Translations under genes and position numbers: made by a program
From: a virus
Virus record (IMG/VR): IMGVR_UViG_3300043432_000087
Span: 23,455 to 55,454 of that record
Strand: one strand, 5' to 3'
DNA: 32,000 bases
Shown here: in pieces, positions 21,073-28,260 of the stretch
Layout of the letters: the number at the start of each line of letters is the position of its first letter
How positions within the stretch are numbered: position 1 is the stretch's first letter
The notes under the pieces: model-generated
The model's input: the letters and a program-made list of their open reading frames with translations, nothing else
The model's database searches: none
What the model was told of the DNA's origin: nothing

Positions 21073-21410
21073 GCCAACCCGCCGCCCCCTGCCTCTGCTC
21101 TCCCTGCGAGGCCGCCCGCTTCGCCCACTGGGCCGGCCTGCTCCGCGCGCACACGCCCGAGGACCGCGCGTTCGTCCGCCGCGAGCTCTGCGACTCGTTC
21201 GCGTACCGGAACCCGGACGGCGGCCTCGTCATCGATCTCGGCTACGTGCTCTCGTGCCTCGGGTCCGAGGACGACGATGGCGACGACGAGGCGGCGGAAC
21301 ACCTCGACGAGATGGTCTACGTCGAGCGCGAGTCGCAGCGGCTGAACCCGGTGGAGCGGTGCCCGAGGGAGACGGGCGGCGCGGACCCGGAGAAGGAGGA
21401 GACGAGGTGA
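21069..21410 (+). CDS. Hypothetical protein (acidic C-terminus)
   Basis: 113-aa ORF with a TTG start in a TTGA overlap. A less common start codon, so confidence is moderate. Confidence 0.45.
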   Translation: MSQPAAPCLCSPCEAARFAHWAGLLRAHTPEDRAFVRRELCDSFAYRNPDGGLVIDLGYVLSCLGSEDDDGDDEAAEHLDEMVYVERESQRLNPVERCPRETGGADPEKEETR

Positions 21411-21991
21411 CGGACCGCGCCCGCAAGTGGATCAAGCGAGTTGACCTCATTGCCAAGCTCCGCGCTGCCGCGCTCGAGGAGGGCCGCCGCGAACGTGACG
21501 CCGACGTCGCCTCCCTCCGCGCCCGCCTCGCCGCCGCCGAGCGGGAGCGAGACGCGGCGCTCGCGGGGAAGGCGGAGGCGGAAGCGTTCCTGGAGCCGAC
21601 GTGGCTTGCCGAGCAGAAGGCGCTGAAGGCCCGCTCCGCCCATTTCGAGGCGCAGGCCCGCGCCGAGGTCGCCGCGACGGAGCGCGCCGAGCGGGACTGC
21701 CGGACGGCGCTCGACCGCGCGAAGGCCGCCGAGGCGCGGGCCGGGCGGATGGAGGCGGCGCTGCGGGACCTCACCGACAAGGCCGAGCGGGTCGTGTGCC
21801 TCGCGGAGCCGGTCTACGAGAACGGCGACCGAATCGACGACGAGCGGGTCGTCGTCGCGTACCGGCACGAGAAGGTCGGCGCCATGCACGCGCTCATCGG
21901 CGCGCTGCGCTGCGGGGCGATTCAGAGAGCCCTCGCCGCGCAGGACGCGGGGGCGGGACGGACGGGCGAAGGGCAGGAGGAGCGGCCATGA
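21407..21991 (+). CDS. Coiled-coil protein, function unknown
   Basis: GTG at 21407 (GTGA overlap; in frame in track ORF 20669..21991). It has a long Ala/Arg/Glu heptad-like helix (ASLRARLAAAERERDAALAGKAEAEAF...). Confidence 0.5.
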   Translation: MTDRARKWIKRVDLIAKLRAAALEEGRRERDADVASLRARLAAAERERDAALAGKAEAEAFLEPTWLAEQKALKARSAHFEAQARAEVAATERAERDCRTALDRAKAAEARAGRMEAALRDLTDKAERVVCLAEPVYENGDRIDDERVVVAYRHEKVGAMHALIGALRCGAIQRALAAQDAGAGRTGEGQEERP

Positions 21992-22263
21992 CCATGCATT
22001 ATCGCCAGCCAGAACCGCGGTGGAGCGGCCTCATGGCGGCGTGTGGCCGCATGACCGCATGCACCACCGACGACCCGGAGTCTGTGACCTGCGGTGCCTG
22101 CAAGCGGACGCGCGCCTGGTGGGCGAATCTGATTCCGCCGGGGTTCGACGGGCCGAGGCCGCCCGCCCAGCCGGCCATGGAGCGCATGCGCTACGCCGGT
22201 CGCGATGGGGCGCCGACCGATGCGCCGTGCACGGAGCCACGAGAGGAGGCCCCCAATGACTGA
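21988..22263 (+). CDS. Small Cys-containing protein
   Basis: ATG at 21988 (ATGA overlap; in frame in track ORF 21601..22263). It carries ...ACGRMTAC...VTCGACKRT. Confidence 0.45.
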   Translation: MTMHYRQPEPRWSGLMAACGRMTACTTDDPESVTCGACKRTRAWWANLIPPGFDGPRPPAQPAMERMRYAGRDGAPTDAPCTEPREEAPND

Positions 22264-23254
22264 CCCCGAACGCCGCATTTTGCTCACGCCCGCCGAGGTC
22301 GCGCGGGTGAGGGAGGACATGCGCTTCGCCGTTGAGGAGTTGGAGGCCCATAGACGTTGGTATGGCCGCTGTCCAGCGTGTTCGGAGTGGCTCCCGCAAC
22401 ACGCGCCAGCGTGCGAAGTCGGGCGAGGCATCGCGTGTGTCAAGAACGCCCTCTCCCTCCTCGACGCCGCCGCGGCCCGGCCGAGGCCCCGCGTCGTGTG
22501 CCTCTGCGGCTCGACGCGGTTCACGGACGCATATATTGCTGCTTACGCCAGCGAATCGGACGCGGGGCGCATTGTCCTGACCGTGAGTCGCCTCACGCCG
22601 GTCCGAGACGTTGCGCCCGACGTGAAGGCGAAACGCGACGATCTGCACCTTCGCAAGATCGACCTCGCCGACGAGGTGCTTGTCCTCGACGTGGGCGGAT
22701 ACATCGGCGAGAGCACGCGGAACGAGATCGCACACGCGACGAGGACCGGGAAGCCGATTCGCTACCTGAGCCAAGAGGCCGGTATCGACGCCGCCGCGGC
22801 CCGGGGCGAGACGGCGCCCGCGACCACGCACCGCGAGACGTGCAAGAGCGCCGTCTGCCGGTCTGACGTGGACGTGGACGACGGGGATTACTTTGCCTCG
22901 GGTGCGCCCGCGGCCCCGCCCGTCCGCGTGAGCGACGAGCGGGTAGCGGAGATCCTCGCGCGGGCGGAGAAGGCGACGCCGGGGCCGTGGATCACGTTCT
23001 CGAATCGCCTCTACGCGAAGCCGAGCATCGACGAGCGGCACAACCTCATGCGCTCGGGTGACGAGCGCGACCCGTGCTGGATCGAGGAAGACGACGACGC
23101 CAACTTCCTCGCCGCCGCCCGCGAGGACGTGCCCGACCTCGCCCTCGACCTCCAGGCGGCGCGCCGTGCGCTGGCCGAGGCCCGGGCCGAGCTTGTGACG
23201 GCGGCGCTCCGCGCCCGCGCCGACGAGATCGAGCGAGGAGGAATCGATGCCTGA
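22256..23254 (+). CDS. Fusion protein: NDT/DNPH1-like Rossmannoid domain plus Ea22-like C-terminal domain
   Basis: ATG at 22256 preceded by GAGAGGAGG. The N-terminal part RVVCLCGSTRF...HLRKIDLADEVLVLDVGGYIGESTRNEIAHATRTGKPIRYL resembles the CGSxR...E pattern of the 2'-deoxynucleoside 5'-phosphate N-hydrolase/NDT fold. The C-terminal part EKATPGPW...DDDANFLAAAREDVPDLALDL matches the ead/Ea22-like phage motif. Confidence 0.55.
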   Translation: MTDPERRILLTPAEVARVREDMRFAVEELEAHRRWYGRCPACSEWLPQHAPACEVGRGIACVKNALSLLDAAAARPRPRVVCLCGSTRFTDAYIAAYASESDAGRIVLTVSRLTPVRDVAPDVKAKRDDLHLRKIDLADEVLVLDVGGYIGESTRNEIAHATRTGKPIRYLSQEAGIDAAAARGETAPATTHRETCKSAVCRSDVDVDDGDYFASGAPAAPPVRVSDERVAEILARAEKATPGPWITFSNRLYAKPSIDERHNLMRSGDERDPCWIEEDDDANFLAAAREDVPDLALDLQAARRALAEARAELVTAALRARADEIERGGIDA

Positions 23255-23459
23255 CCCGCATCCGCAGTGGACTGACGATGACCTCGTTCTTGGTCTTCGG
23301 GAGATCGACGAGTCTGAAGAGATCGAGTGCTCGGACTGGGAATGCGACTTCCTTGACTCGATCAAGAAGATGCCGAAGCCGCGGCGACTCTCGCAGAAAC
23401 AGCGCGACGTGGCCGGGCGAATGATTCGCCAGTATCTCGGGGAGGATTGGCGCCCATGA
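23247..23459 (+). CDS. Hypothetical acidic protein
   Basis: 70-aa ORF whose ATG overlaps the previous gene by 8 nt. Confidence 0.5.
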   Translation: MPDPHPQWTDDDLVLGLREIDESEEIECSDWECDFLDSIKKMPKPRRLSQKQRDVAGRMIRQYLGEDWRP

Positions 23460-23692
23460 CCGACGCCGAAGCCATCGCGCTCTACCGGCGCGCGTTCCCG
23501 AGCGACCGCGAGACGCGAGACGCATGCGAGTGGAACGAGATCGCAGACGAGATGCGCCGCGTGGTCGAGGCGCCCGACATCGTGGCCGCGGCGAGGGTGA
23601 TCGAGTGGTGGGGCCTGGACCTCGGCGGCGAGGGAGAAACCCGCAAGGCGGTTGTGCGGGTGCGGCGGATGGCCGCGAGGAGGAAAGCATGA
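23456..23692 (+). CDS. Hypothetical protein
   Basis: ATG at 23456 in an ATGA overlap (track ORF 23447..23692). Confidence 0.5.
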   Translation: MTDAEAIALYRRAFPSDRETRDACEWNEIADEMRRVVEAPDIVAAARVIEWWGLDLGGEGETRKAVVRVRRMAARRKA

Positions 23693-23817
23693 AGCACCTT
23701 GACCTCTTGCTGCGCACGCTGGCGCTGGTCATTCAAGTCGCGTTCGTCGCGCCCTTGTTGGTGTTTCTGGGACTCGGCCGGCGAAGGAAGTTCTACACGC
23801 CGAGGAGGCCCGCATGA
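23689..23817 (+). CDS. Very small TM protein
   Basis: ATG at 23689 with ATGA overlaps at both ends. The 42-aa product MKHLDLLLRTLALVIQVAFVAPLLVFLGLGRRRK has one hydrophobic helix. Confidence 0.4.
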   Translation: MKHLDLLLRTLALVIQVAFVAPLLVFLGLGRRRKFYTPRRPA

Positions 23818-24362
23818 TCCTCGCCATCGACCCAGGCACGAGGACCGGCTGGGCAACCTCCGACGGCCGCTCCGGTTCCATCGCCCTCTGGCGCGAGCCC
23901 CGCAAGGGCAAGCCGGGGCGGCCCGCGCGGTACGCGAAGAAGGACGGGCGGCTACTGGCGCCCGCGGTCGCGGAAGTGCCGCCGGTCGACGACGGGTCGA
24001 AGGATACGCGGCTCCTGCGACTCCTGCGCTGGCTCGAGATCCATAGCGGTGTCCTCTCGCACGTCGTCTTCGAGGGCAGCGACGGCTTCATCCGAGGCCA
24101 GCCCGCGGTCCGCTGCGCGAACGAGCTCCGGGGCGTCGTGAAGCTCTGGTGCCTGCGCATGGGCGTCCCCTACACCCAGGTCGAGCCCGGCGACCTCAAG
24201 CGATTCGCGACCGGGCGCACGAACGCGAAGAAGCCCGACATGATCGCGGCGGCGAAGGCGCGGCTTGGGTACACGGGCGACGACGAGGATGAATGCGACG
24301 CGATCTGGTTGAGGGAGTGGGCGCGGACGTTCGTGCAGGACGCGGCGCGGGTGAGCGCGTGA
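23814..24362 (+). CDS. RuvC-like Holliday junction resolvase
   Basis: 182 aa. It has N-terminal MILAIDPGTRTGWA (catalytic Asp), an internal acidic FEGSDG, and C-terminal DEDECDAIWL (the D-x-x-D pattern of the RuvC fold). Confidence 0.7.
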   Translation: MILAIDPGTRTGWATSDGRSGSIALWREPRKGKPGRPARYAKKDGRLLAPAVAEVPPVDDGSKDTRLLRLLRWLEIHSGVLSHVVFEGSDGFIRGQPAVRCANELRGVVKLWCLRMGVPYTQVEPGDLKRFATGRTNAKKPDMIAAAKARLGYTGDDEDECDAIWLREWARTFVQDAARVSA

Positions 24363-24412
24363 GCGGCGACAGGCGCCGCATAGTAATGACGGACAGCATA
24401 AAGGAGTCAAGG

Positions 24413-24613
24413 ATGCCGGCCAAAAGTTCAACCGAGGTGCGGATCGAACTCGGGCTCACGATCGGCCGTTTTCAGTACCTCCTGCTCTCGAAGCCCGAGC
24501 TGTCCCCGCCCATGGTCGCCGGGCGCCGCGTCTGGTCCGAGGCTGCGATCCGCGCTCTCAAGCGCGCGCACGCCGAGGCCCCGAGGCGGGGAAGCGCGAA
24601 GGCGGACAAGTAG
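24413..24613 (+). CDS. Small HTH-like DNA-binding protein
   Basis: ATG at 24413 preceded by AAAGGAG (in frame in track ORF 24293..24613). ELGLTIGRFQYLLLSKPELSPPMVAGRRVWSEAAIRALKRA resembles MerR/excisionase-type HTH. Confidence 0.4.
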   Translation: MPAKSSTEVRIELGLTIGRFQYLLLSKPELSPPMVAGRRVWSEAAIRALKRAHAEAPRRGSAKADK

Positions 24614-24665
24614 GAACGCACGTCGGCGGTGCGGCGACGACAGGCAAGAAGGGCAGGCTACCCGG

Positions 24666-25532
24666 ATGGCCCGGAAGCGCGTCATGGACCCAGACATTTT
24701 CACCGGCGAGGCGTTCACGTCGCTCACCAACTTCGACCGGGTTCTCTACCTCGGCCTGTGGTTGCACGCAGACGACGAAGGGCGCATGAAAGCCAGCGCA
24801 ATCGAGATCAAACTTAAGATTTTCCCGCGCGATGACGGCCAGGAAGGGCGGTCAAATGTCACCGCACAGCAGTGCGTTTCCTCACTCAATCGCATCGCTC
24901 ATGTCGGCCTAATTAGGGTGTATCGCCACGGTGATAAACCTTACTTGCACGTCCGCGGACTCAGAGAGTCACAACCTCTAAAGTGGTATACCAAATCGAC
25001 TTTGCCAGAACCCCCTACCACGGAAACGACGCTTTGCGCTGGACAGGTGACGGACGGTCCGTCCGTCACTGTGCACGGTGACGGACTAAGAGAAGAGGAG
25101 AGAAGAGGAGAGGAGAGTATACCGTTACCTAACGGTAACGGGGCCGGTGCTACCGCACCGACCGAGGCGCCCAACCTCCCTGGAATCGATCCGGCGCCCG
25201 TAACGCCCACGGCGAAGCGTCAGCGCAAGGAAGTGTCACCCGAGGCCCACGCACTCGAGGCCGAGGCCCGCGGGTTCCTTGGCGACTTCAAGCCGGAGTT
25301 TGAGCGCCGCGTCGGCTACCCGCCCGAACTCAAGATTGCCGAAGTCCAACTCGTTCGGGCGCTGTTGAAGCGCCTCGGGCGCGAGCGAACCGAGATTGCG
25401 GCGACGCGGATGCTCGACCGCCACGAAGCCGGGACGCTCGTCTGGCAGGGCCAACCGAAGGCGCCCACCGTGAAAGTGCTGCACGCCATGGCCGACGATC
25501 TGCTCGTGGAGGCCGACCGTGCAGCGCGGTGA
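24666..25532 (+). CDS. Replication initiation / replisome-organiser-like protein
   Basis: 288 aa. The N-terminus MDPDIFTGEAFTSLTNFDRVLYLGLWLHADDEGRM resembles the phage replisome-organiser N-terminal domain. The gene lies directly upstream of the primase-helicase, overlapping it by 14 nt. A low-GC, repeat-rich linker sits in the middle of the gene. Confidence 0.5.
   Translation: MARKRVMDPDIFTGEAFTSLTNFDRVLYLGLWLHADDEGRMKASAIEIKLKIFPRDDGQEGRSNVTAQQCVSSLNRIAHVGLIRVYRHGDKPYLHVRGLRESQPLKWYTKSTLPEPPTTETTLCAGQVTDGPSVTVHGDGLREEERRGEESIPLPNGNGAGATAPTEAPNLPGIDPAPVTPTAKRQRKEVSPEAHALEAEARGFLGDFKPEFERRVGYPPELKIAEVQLVRALLKRLGRERTEIAATRMLDRHEAGTLVWQGQPKAPTVKVLHAMADDLLVEADRAAR
25047..25141. promoter_or_regulatory. 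Candidate origin of replication embedded in the organiser gene
   Basis: A 23-bp perfect palindrome GTGACGGACGG-T-CCGTCCGTCAC (25047-25069) and a third arm copy GTGACGGAC (25078-25086). A 30-nt all-purine tract follows (25088-25117), then a second inverted repeat CCGTTACC-TAAC-GGTAACGG (25122-25141). Confidence 0.45.
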
Positions 25533-27318
25533 CGTGGAGCTCTACCTGAAAAACAAGGGCATCCAGTTCGTTCGGCGCTACGCGAGCGGCGAGATGGTCT
25601 ATCACTGCCCCTGGTGCCCCGACGAGGGCAAGGACCCGGCGCTCAAAGTCCACGAGGACGACGGCAAGTTCCATTGCTGGCGCTGTGACCGCAAGGGCGG
25701 ATTCATGGCGCTGAAGGAGGCGCTCGGGGACTTCCGAGAGATTCGTCGCGCCGTGGTCCCCTCTGCGCCCGCACGCCCCAAGGTCGAGCCCAAGGCAACC
25801 CCCGCCCTTGAGCGTAGCCTCGCGGAAGCAGAGGCCGAGTTATGGGCGTCCATGGGCAAGCCGGGGCTCAAGTACCTCCATGAGCGCGGGTTCACCGACG
25901 AGATGATTCGGTGCTTCCGGTTCGGGTTCAATCAGACGTTCCGGTTCAACGAGAGCGCGATCGAGCCGGCCATCGTGATCCCGTTCTTGCGGGACGGGAA
26001 GCCGGTCTTGCTCAAGCGCCGGAACCTTGCCCCACCCGACACGAAGAAGCAGATTCACCGCGAACCGGTGGGCTCCTTCCACCCGCTCTACAACGCGGAC
26101 GCACTACGCGAGGCCGCCGGCGGGACGGTCTACGTTGCGGAGGGCGAACTTGACGCCGTGAGCCTCGAGCAAATGGGATTCACGCCCGCCGTATCTGGCG
26201 ACAACGGCGCCGGGTACTGGGACGACTCCTGGGCCGAGGCCCTGCTCGACTTCGACCGCGTGCTCGTGTGCTACGACGCGGACCCGGACGGCGAGAAGGG
26301 ATTCGAGAAGGTCGCGAAGGCGCTCGGTGGATACCGGGTCGCCCGGCTGAAGATGCCGCGCGGGGCGAAGGACGCGAACGCGGCGCTGCGGTCTGGCGTC
26401 CCGCTCTCGGAGATCCGCGACGCCGTAGACGCGGCCGAGAGCCCGATGCGCTCGCTCGTGCTCACGTACCGTGAGGCACTGAACGCGGCGACAGCCGACA
26501 TGACGCAGAAGATTCTCGGGTCGGTCGGGTGGAAGCACTTCGACCGGGCGCTCGGAGGGCTCCGGCCGGCCGAGCTCTCGATTTTCTGCGGCGAGCCGGG
26601 CTGCGGCAAGACGACGTTGCTCTCGGACTTCGTGCGGCGTCAAGCCGTGAACGGCAACGCCGTCCTCTTCGGCTCGTTCGAGAACCGACCCGAGGAGATC
26701 GCGGAGGACATCGCCCTCGCGCAGCAGGACGCGGCGCACGAGAGCCCCGAAGGCGCGGCCGGTGCCGTCGCCCTCGAGCGCGGGCTGATCTTCATTCGCG
26801 CCTCGGGGAAGATGGCAATCGAGACGCTGCGCGACGTGACGCTCTACGCCGTGCGCCGCTTCGGCGTGCGGGTCGTGATTCTCGACAACCTCCACGCCTT
26901 CCTGCCCTACGATTCGTCGAATGAGCGGTTCGAGATCGACCGCGCCGTGGACACGATTGACCGGCTCACGAAGGAATACGCGATTCATACGGTGCTCGTC
27001 GTGCACCTCCGCAAGCGACCGCAGGGCATGGGGAAGGCCGAGCGCGACCTGAACGACCTCCTCGGCTCTATCGGCCCCGGGCGTGTCGCGTCGAATGTGT
27101 TCCTCGTCGAGCGCAGGGAACATTGCCTCACGCGGCTCTCGTTCCTGAAGGCGCGGAGCAAGTACGCGACGCAGGGGGCGAAGCTGCTCTTTCGCTACAA
27201 CGCGGCGACGCGAAGGTTTTCCGAGGCGCAACCCGAGGACGAGAAGATTTCCGGGCGCCCACGAAACGCATTCGACCGGCGGAAAGTAGCGGCCGGCGAG
27301 GGAGACTCCGATGACTAA
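25519..27318 (+). CDS. Bifunctional primase-helicase (zinc finger + Toprim + DnaB/RecA-like helicase; T7 gp4-like)
   Basis: 599 aa. It has a zinc-binding domain (CPWCPDEGK...FHCWRCDRKG), Toprim motifs (VYVAEGELDAVSL ... VLVCYDADPDGEKG), Walker A (FCGEPGCGKTT) and Walker B (RVVILDNLHAF). Confidence 0.85.
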   Translation: MQRGDVELYLKNKGIQFVRRYASGEMVYHCPWCPDEGKDPALKVHEDDGKFHCWRCDRKGGFMALKEALGDFREIRRAVVPSAPARPKVEPKATPALERSLAEAEAELWASMGKPGLKYLHERGFTDEMIRCFRFGFNQTFRFNESAIEPAIVIPFLRDGKPVLLKRRNLAPPDTKKQIHREPVGSFHPLYNADALREAAGGTVYVAEGELDAVSLEQMGFTPAVSGDNGAGYWDDSWAEALLDFDRVLVCYDADPDGEKGFEKVAKALGGYRVARLKMPRGAKDANAALRSGVPLSEIRDAVDAAESPMRSLVLTYREALNAATADMTQKILGSVGWKHFDRALGGLRPAELSIFCGEPGCGKTTLLSDFVRRQAVNGNAVLFGSFENRPEEIAEDIALAQQDAAHESPEGAAGAVALERGLIFIRASGKMAIETLRDVTLYAVRRFGVRVVILDNLHAFLPYDSSNERFEIDRAVDTIDRLTKEYAIHTVLVVHLRKRPQGMGKAERDLNDLLGSIGPGRVASNVFLVERREHCLTRLSFLKARSKYATQGAKLLFRYNAATRRFSEAQPEDEKISGRPRNAFDRRKVAAGEGDSDD

Positions 27319-27616
27319 CGACCCCGAGAGCGAAACCGACTGGTGCTCTCTCGCGGAGCTGATTCAACTCCAGCGGTGCTACCTCGAATCGCTCAAATGG
27401 CCGCCGACGATTGAGCAGCGCGCCGAGGTCTATCTCGCGTGCAGCAAGCTCGAGAGCGCCGCGCGGATCGTGCGCTACGCGATGGAACTCGGGAACCCGG
27501 TCACGGTCGAGCGGGCATATCTGCTCGGGAACCGGGCGCTCGCGGAGTTGGCGGCGCACCTGGACATGCCCGAGGCCGAGGGGCGTGAGCCCGGGGCAGA
27601 GACGGAGGCTGCATGA
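27311..27616 (+). CDS. Hypothetical protein
   Basis: 101-aa ORF. Its ATG overlaps the upstream TAA region, and its stop overlaps the next ATG (ATGA). Confidence 0.5.
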   Translation: MTNDPESETDWCSLAELIQLQRCYLESLKWPPTIEQRAEVYLACSKLESAARIVRYAMELGNPVTVERAYLLGNRALAELAAHLDMPEAEGREPGAETEAA

Positions 27617-27972
27617 TCCCCCCTCGCGTCCTCACCCCCACCCGCGCCGCCGAGTACCTCGGCCGCACGCGCACCGAGGTCTACCGCCTCCGCGACGAGG
27701 ACCCGACGTTCCCGCGGCCCGACCTAGGGCTTATGAATCCCTTTTGGCCCGCCGACCGGCCCGGAAACCCGCGCCGTTACGATAGCCGGTACTCTACCGA
27801 ACGCTGGCGACTCGCGTCAATGGGTGGCAGGCGGTGGCAGAAAATCCGGCGGGATGTCGGACCGAGCGATTATGCTCTCCGCGATGGGCATGGGCACGAC
27901 CTCACGCGACGCTTCCTTCCCTCCTCCGGGCCCGGGAACCCTCCCACGGGCTCTCACACGCCCCGCCCGTGA
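27613..27972 (+). CDS. HTH (AlpA/excisionase-like) DNA-binding protein; C-terminal extent uncertain
   Basis: The N-terminus LTPTRAAEYLGRTRTEVYRLRDEDPTFPRP is HTH_17-like. The last ~60 codons are low-complexity and overlap inverted repeats upstream of the tRNA cluster, so the true stop could be an artefact of the open GC-rich frame. Confidence 0.5.
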   Translation: MIPPRVLTPTRAAEYLGRTRTEVYRLRDEDPTFPRPDLGLMNPFWPADRPGNPRRYDSRYSTERWRLASMGGRRWQKIRRDVGPSDYALRDGHGHDLTRRFLPSSGPGNPPTGSHTPRP

Positions 27973-28054
27973 CTCGGACGAGCCCATGCCCATGCGCTCG
28001 CGCCCGGGAAGCGGGCGGGGCACCCACAAGGCCGCGGAGATAACACAATGATAA

Positions 28055-28129
28055 GCTCGGGTAGCTCAGAGAAAGAGCAGCGGGAGCCCATCCCGCAGGT
28101 CGCTGGTTCAATTCCGGCCCCGAGCTCCA
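28055..28129 (+). tRNA. tRNA-like gene, anticodon position CCC (Gly), non-canonical anticodon and D loops
   Basis: 75-nt cloverleaf with encoded CCA. Acceptor GCTCGGG/CCCGAGC, D stem GCTC/GAGC, anticodon stem GCGGG/CCCGC with loop AGCCCAT, variable AGGTC, T arm GCTGG-TTCAATT-CCGGC, discriminator T. G replaces the near-universal U33, and the D loop lacks GG. Confidence 0.6.
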
Positions 28130-28138
28130 ACCTCACGG

Positions 28139-28213
28139 GCGGGGGTAGCTCAAGTGAGAGCACCGACTCGCAAGGGTCGGAGGTCGCTGGTTCAAACCCA
28201 GCCCCCCGCGCCA
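28139..28213 (+). tRNA. tRNA-like gene with an 8-nt anticodon loop, identity undetermined
   Basis: 75-nt cloverleaf with encoded CCA. Acceptor GCGGGGG/CCCCCGC, D stem GCTC/GAGC (6-nt D loop, no GG), anticodon stem CCGAC/GTCGG enclosing TCGCAAGG (8 nt), variable AGGTC, T arm GCTGG-TTCAAAC-CCAGC, discriminator G. Confidence 0.5.
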
Positions 28214-28260
28214 GCCCTGGGAAGGGGCACGAGACACGGCCGCCGACGCACGTCGTAGTC

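Noticed and set aside
20669-21406. 5' part of the 440-aa track ORF 20669-21991, and analogous long 5' extensions of ORFs 18281-19459, 13644-14795, 19532-20266, 21601-22263, 29158-29874 and 30837-31553
   Set aside because: The extensions overlap upstream genes with strong motifs in other frames (methyltransferase, SSB and so on). Internal ATG/GTG codons forming NTGA overlaps or following GGAGG give non-overlapping, compact genes.
28048-28260. N-terminal 71 codons of track ORF 28048-28557
   Set aside because: This stretch is the DNA of two tRNA-like cloverleafs read as protein (…GSSEKEQREPIPQVAGSIPAP…). Only the PTH2-like C-terminal part is taken as coding. The open frame is noted in a finding but is most likely coincidental in GC-rich DNA.
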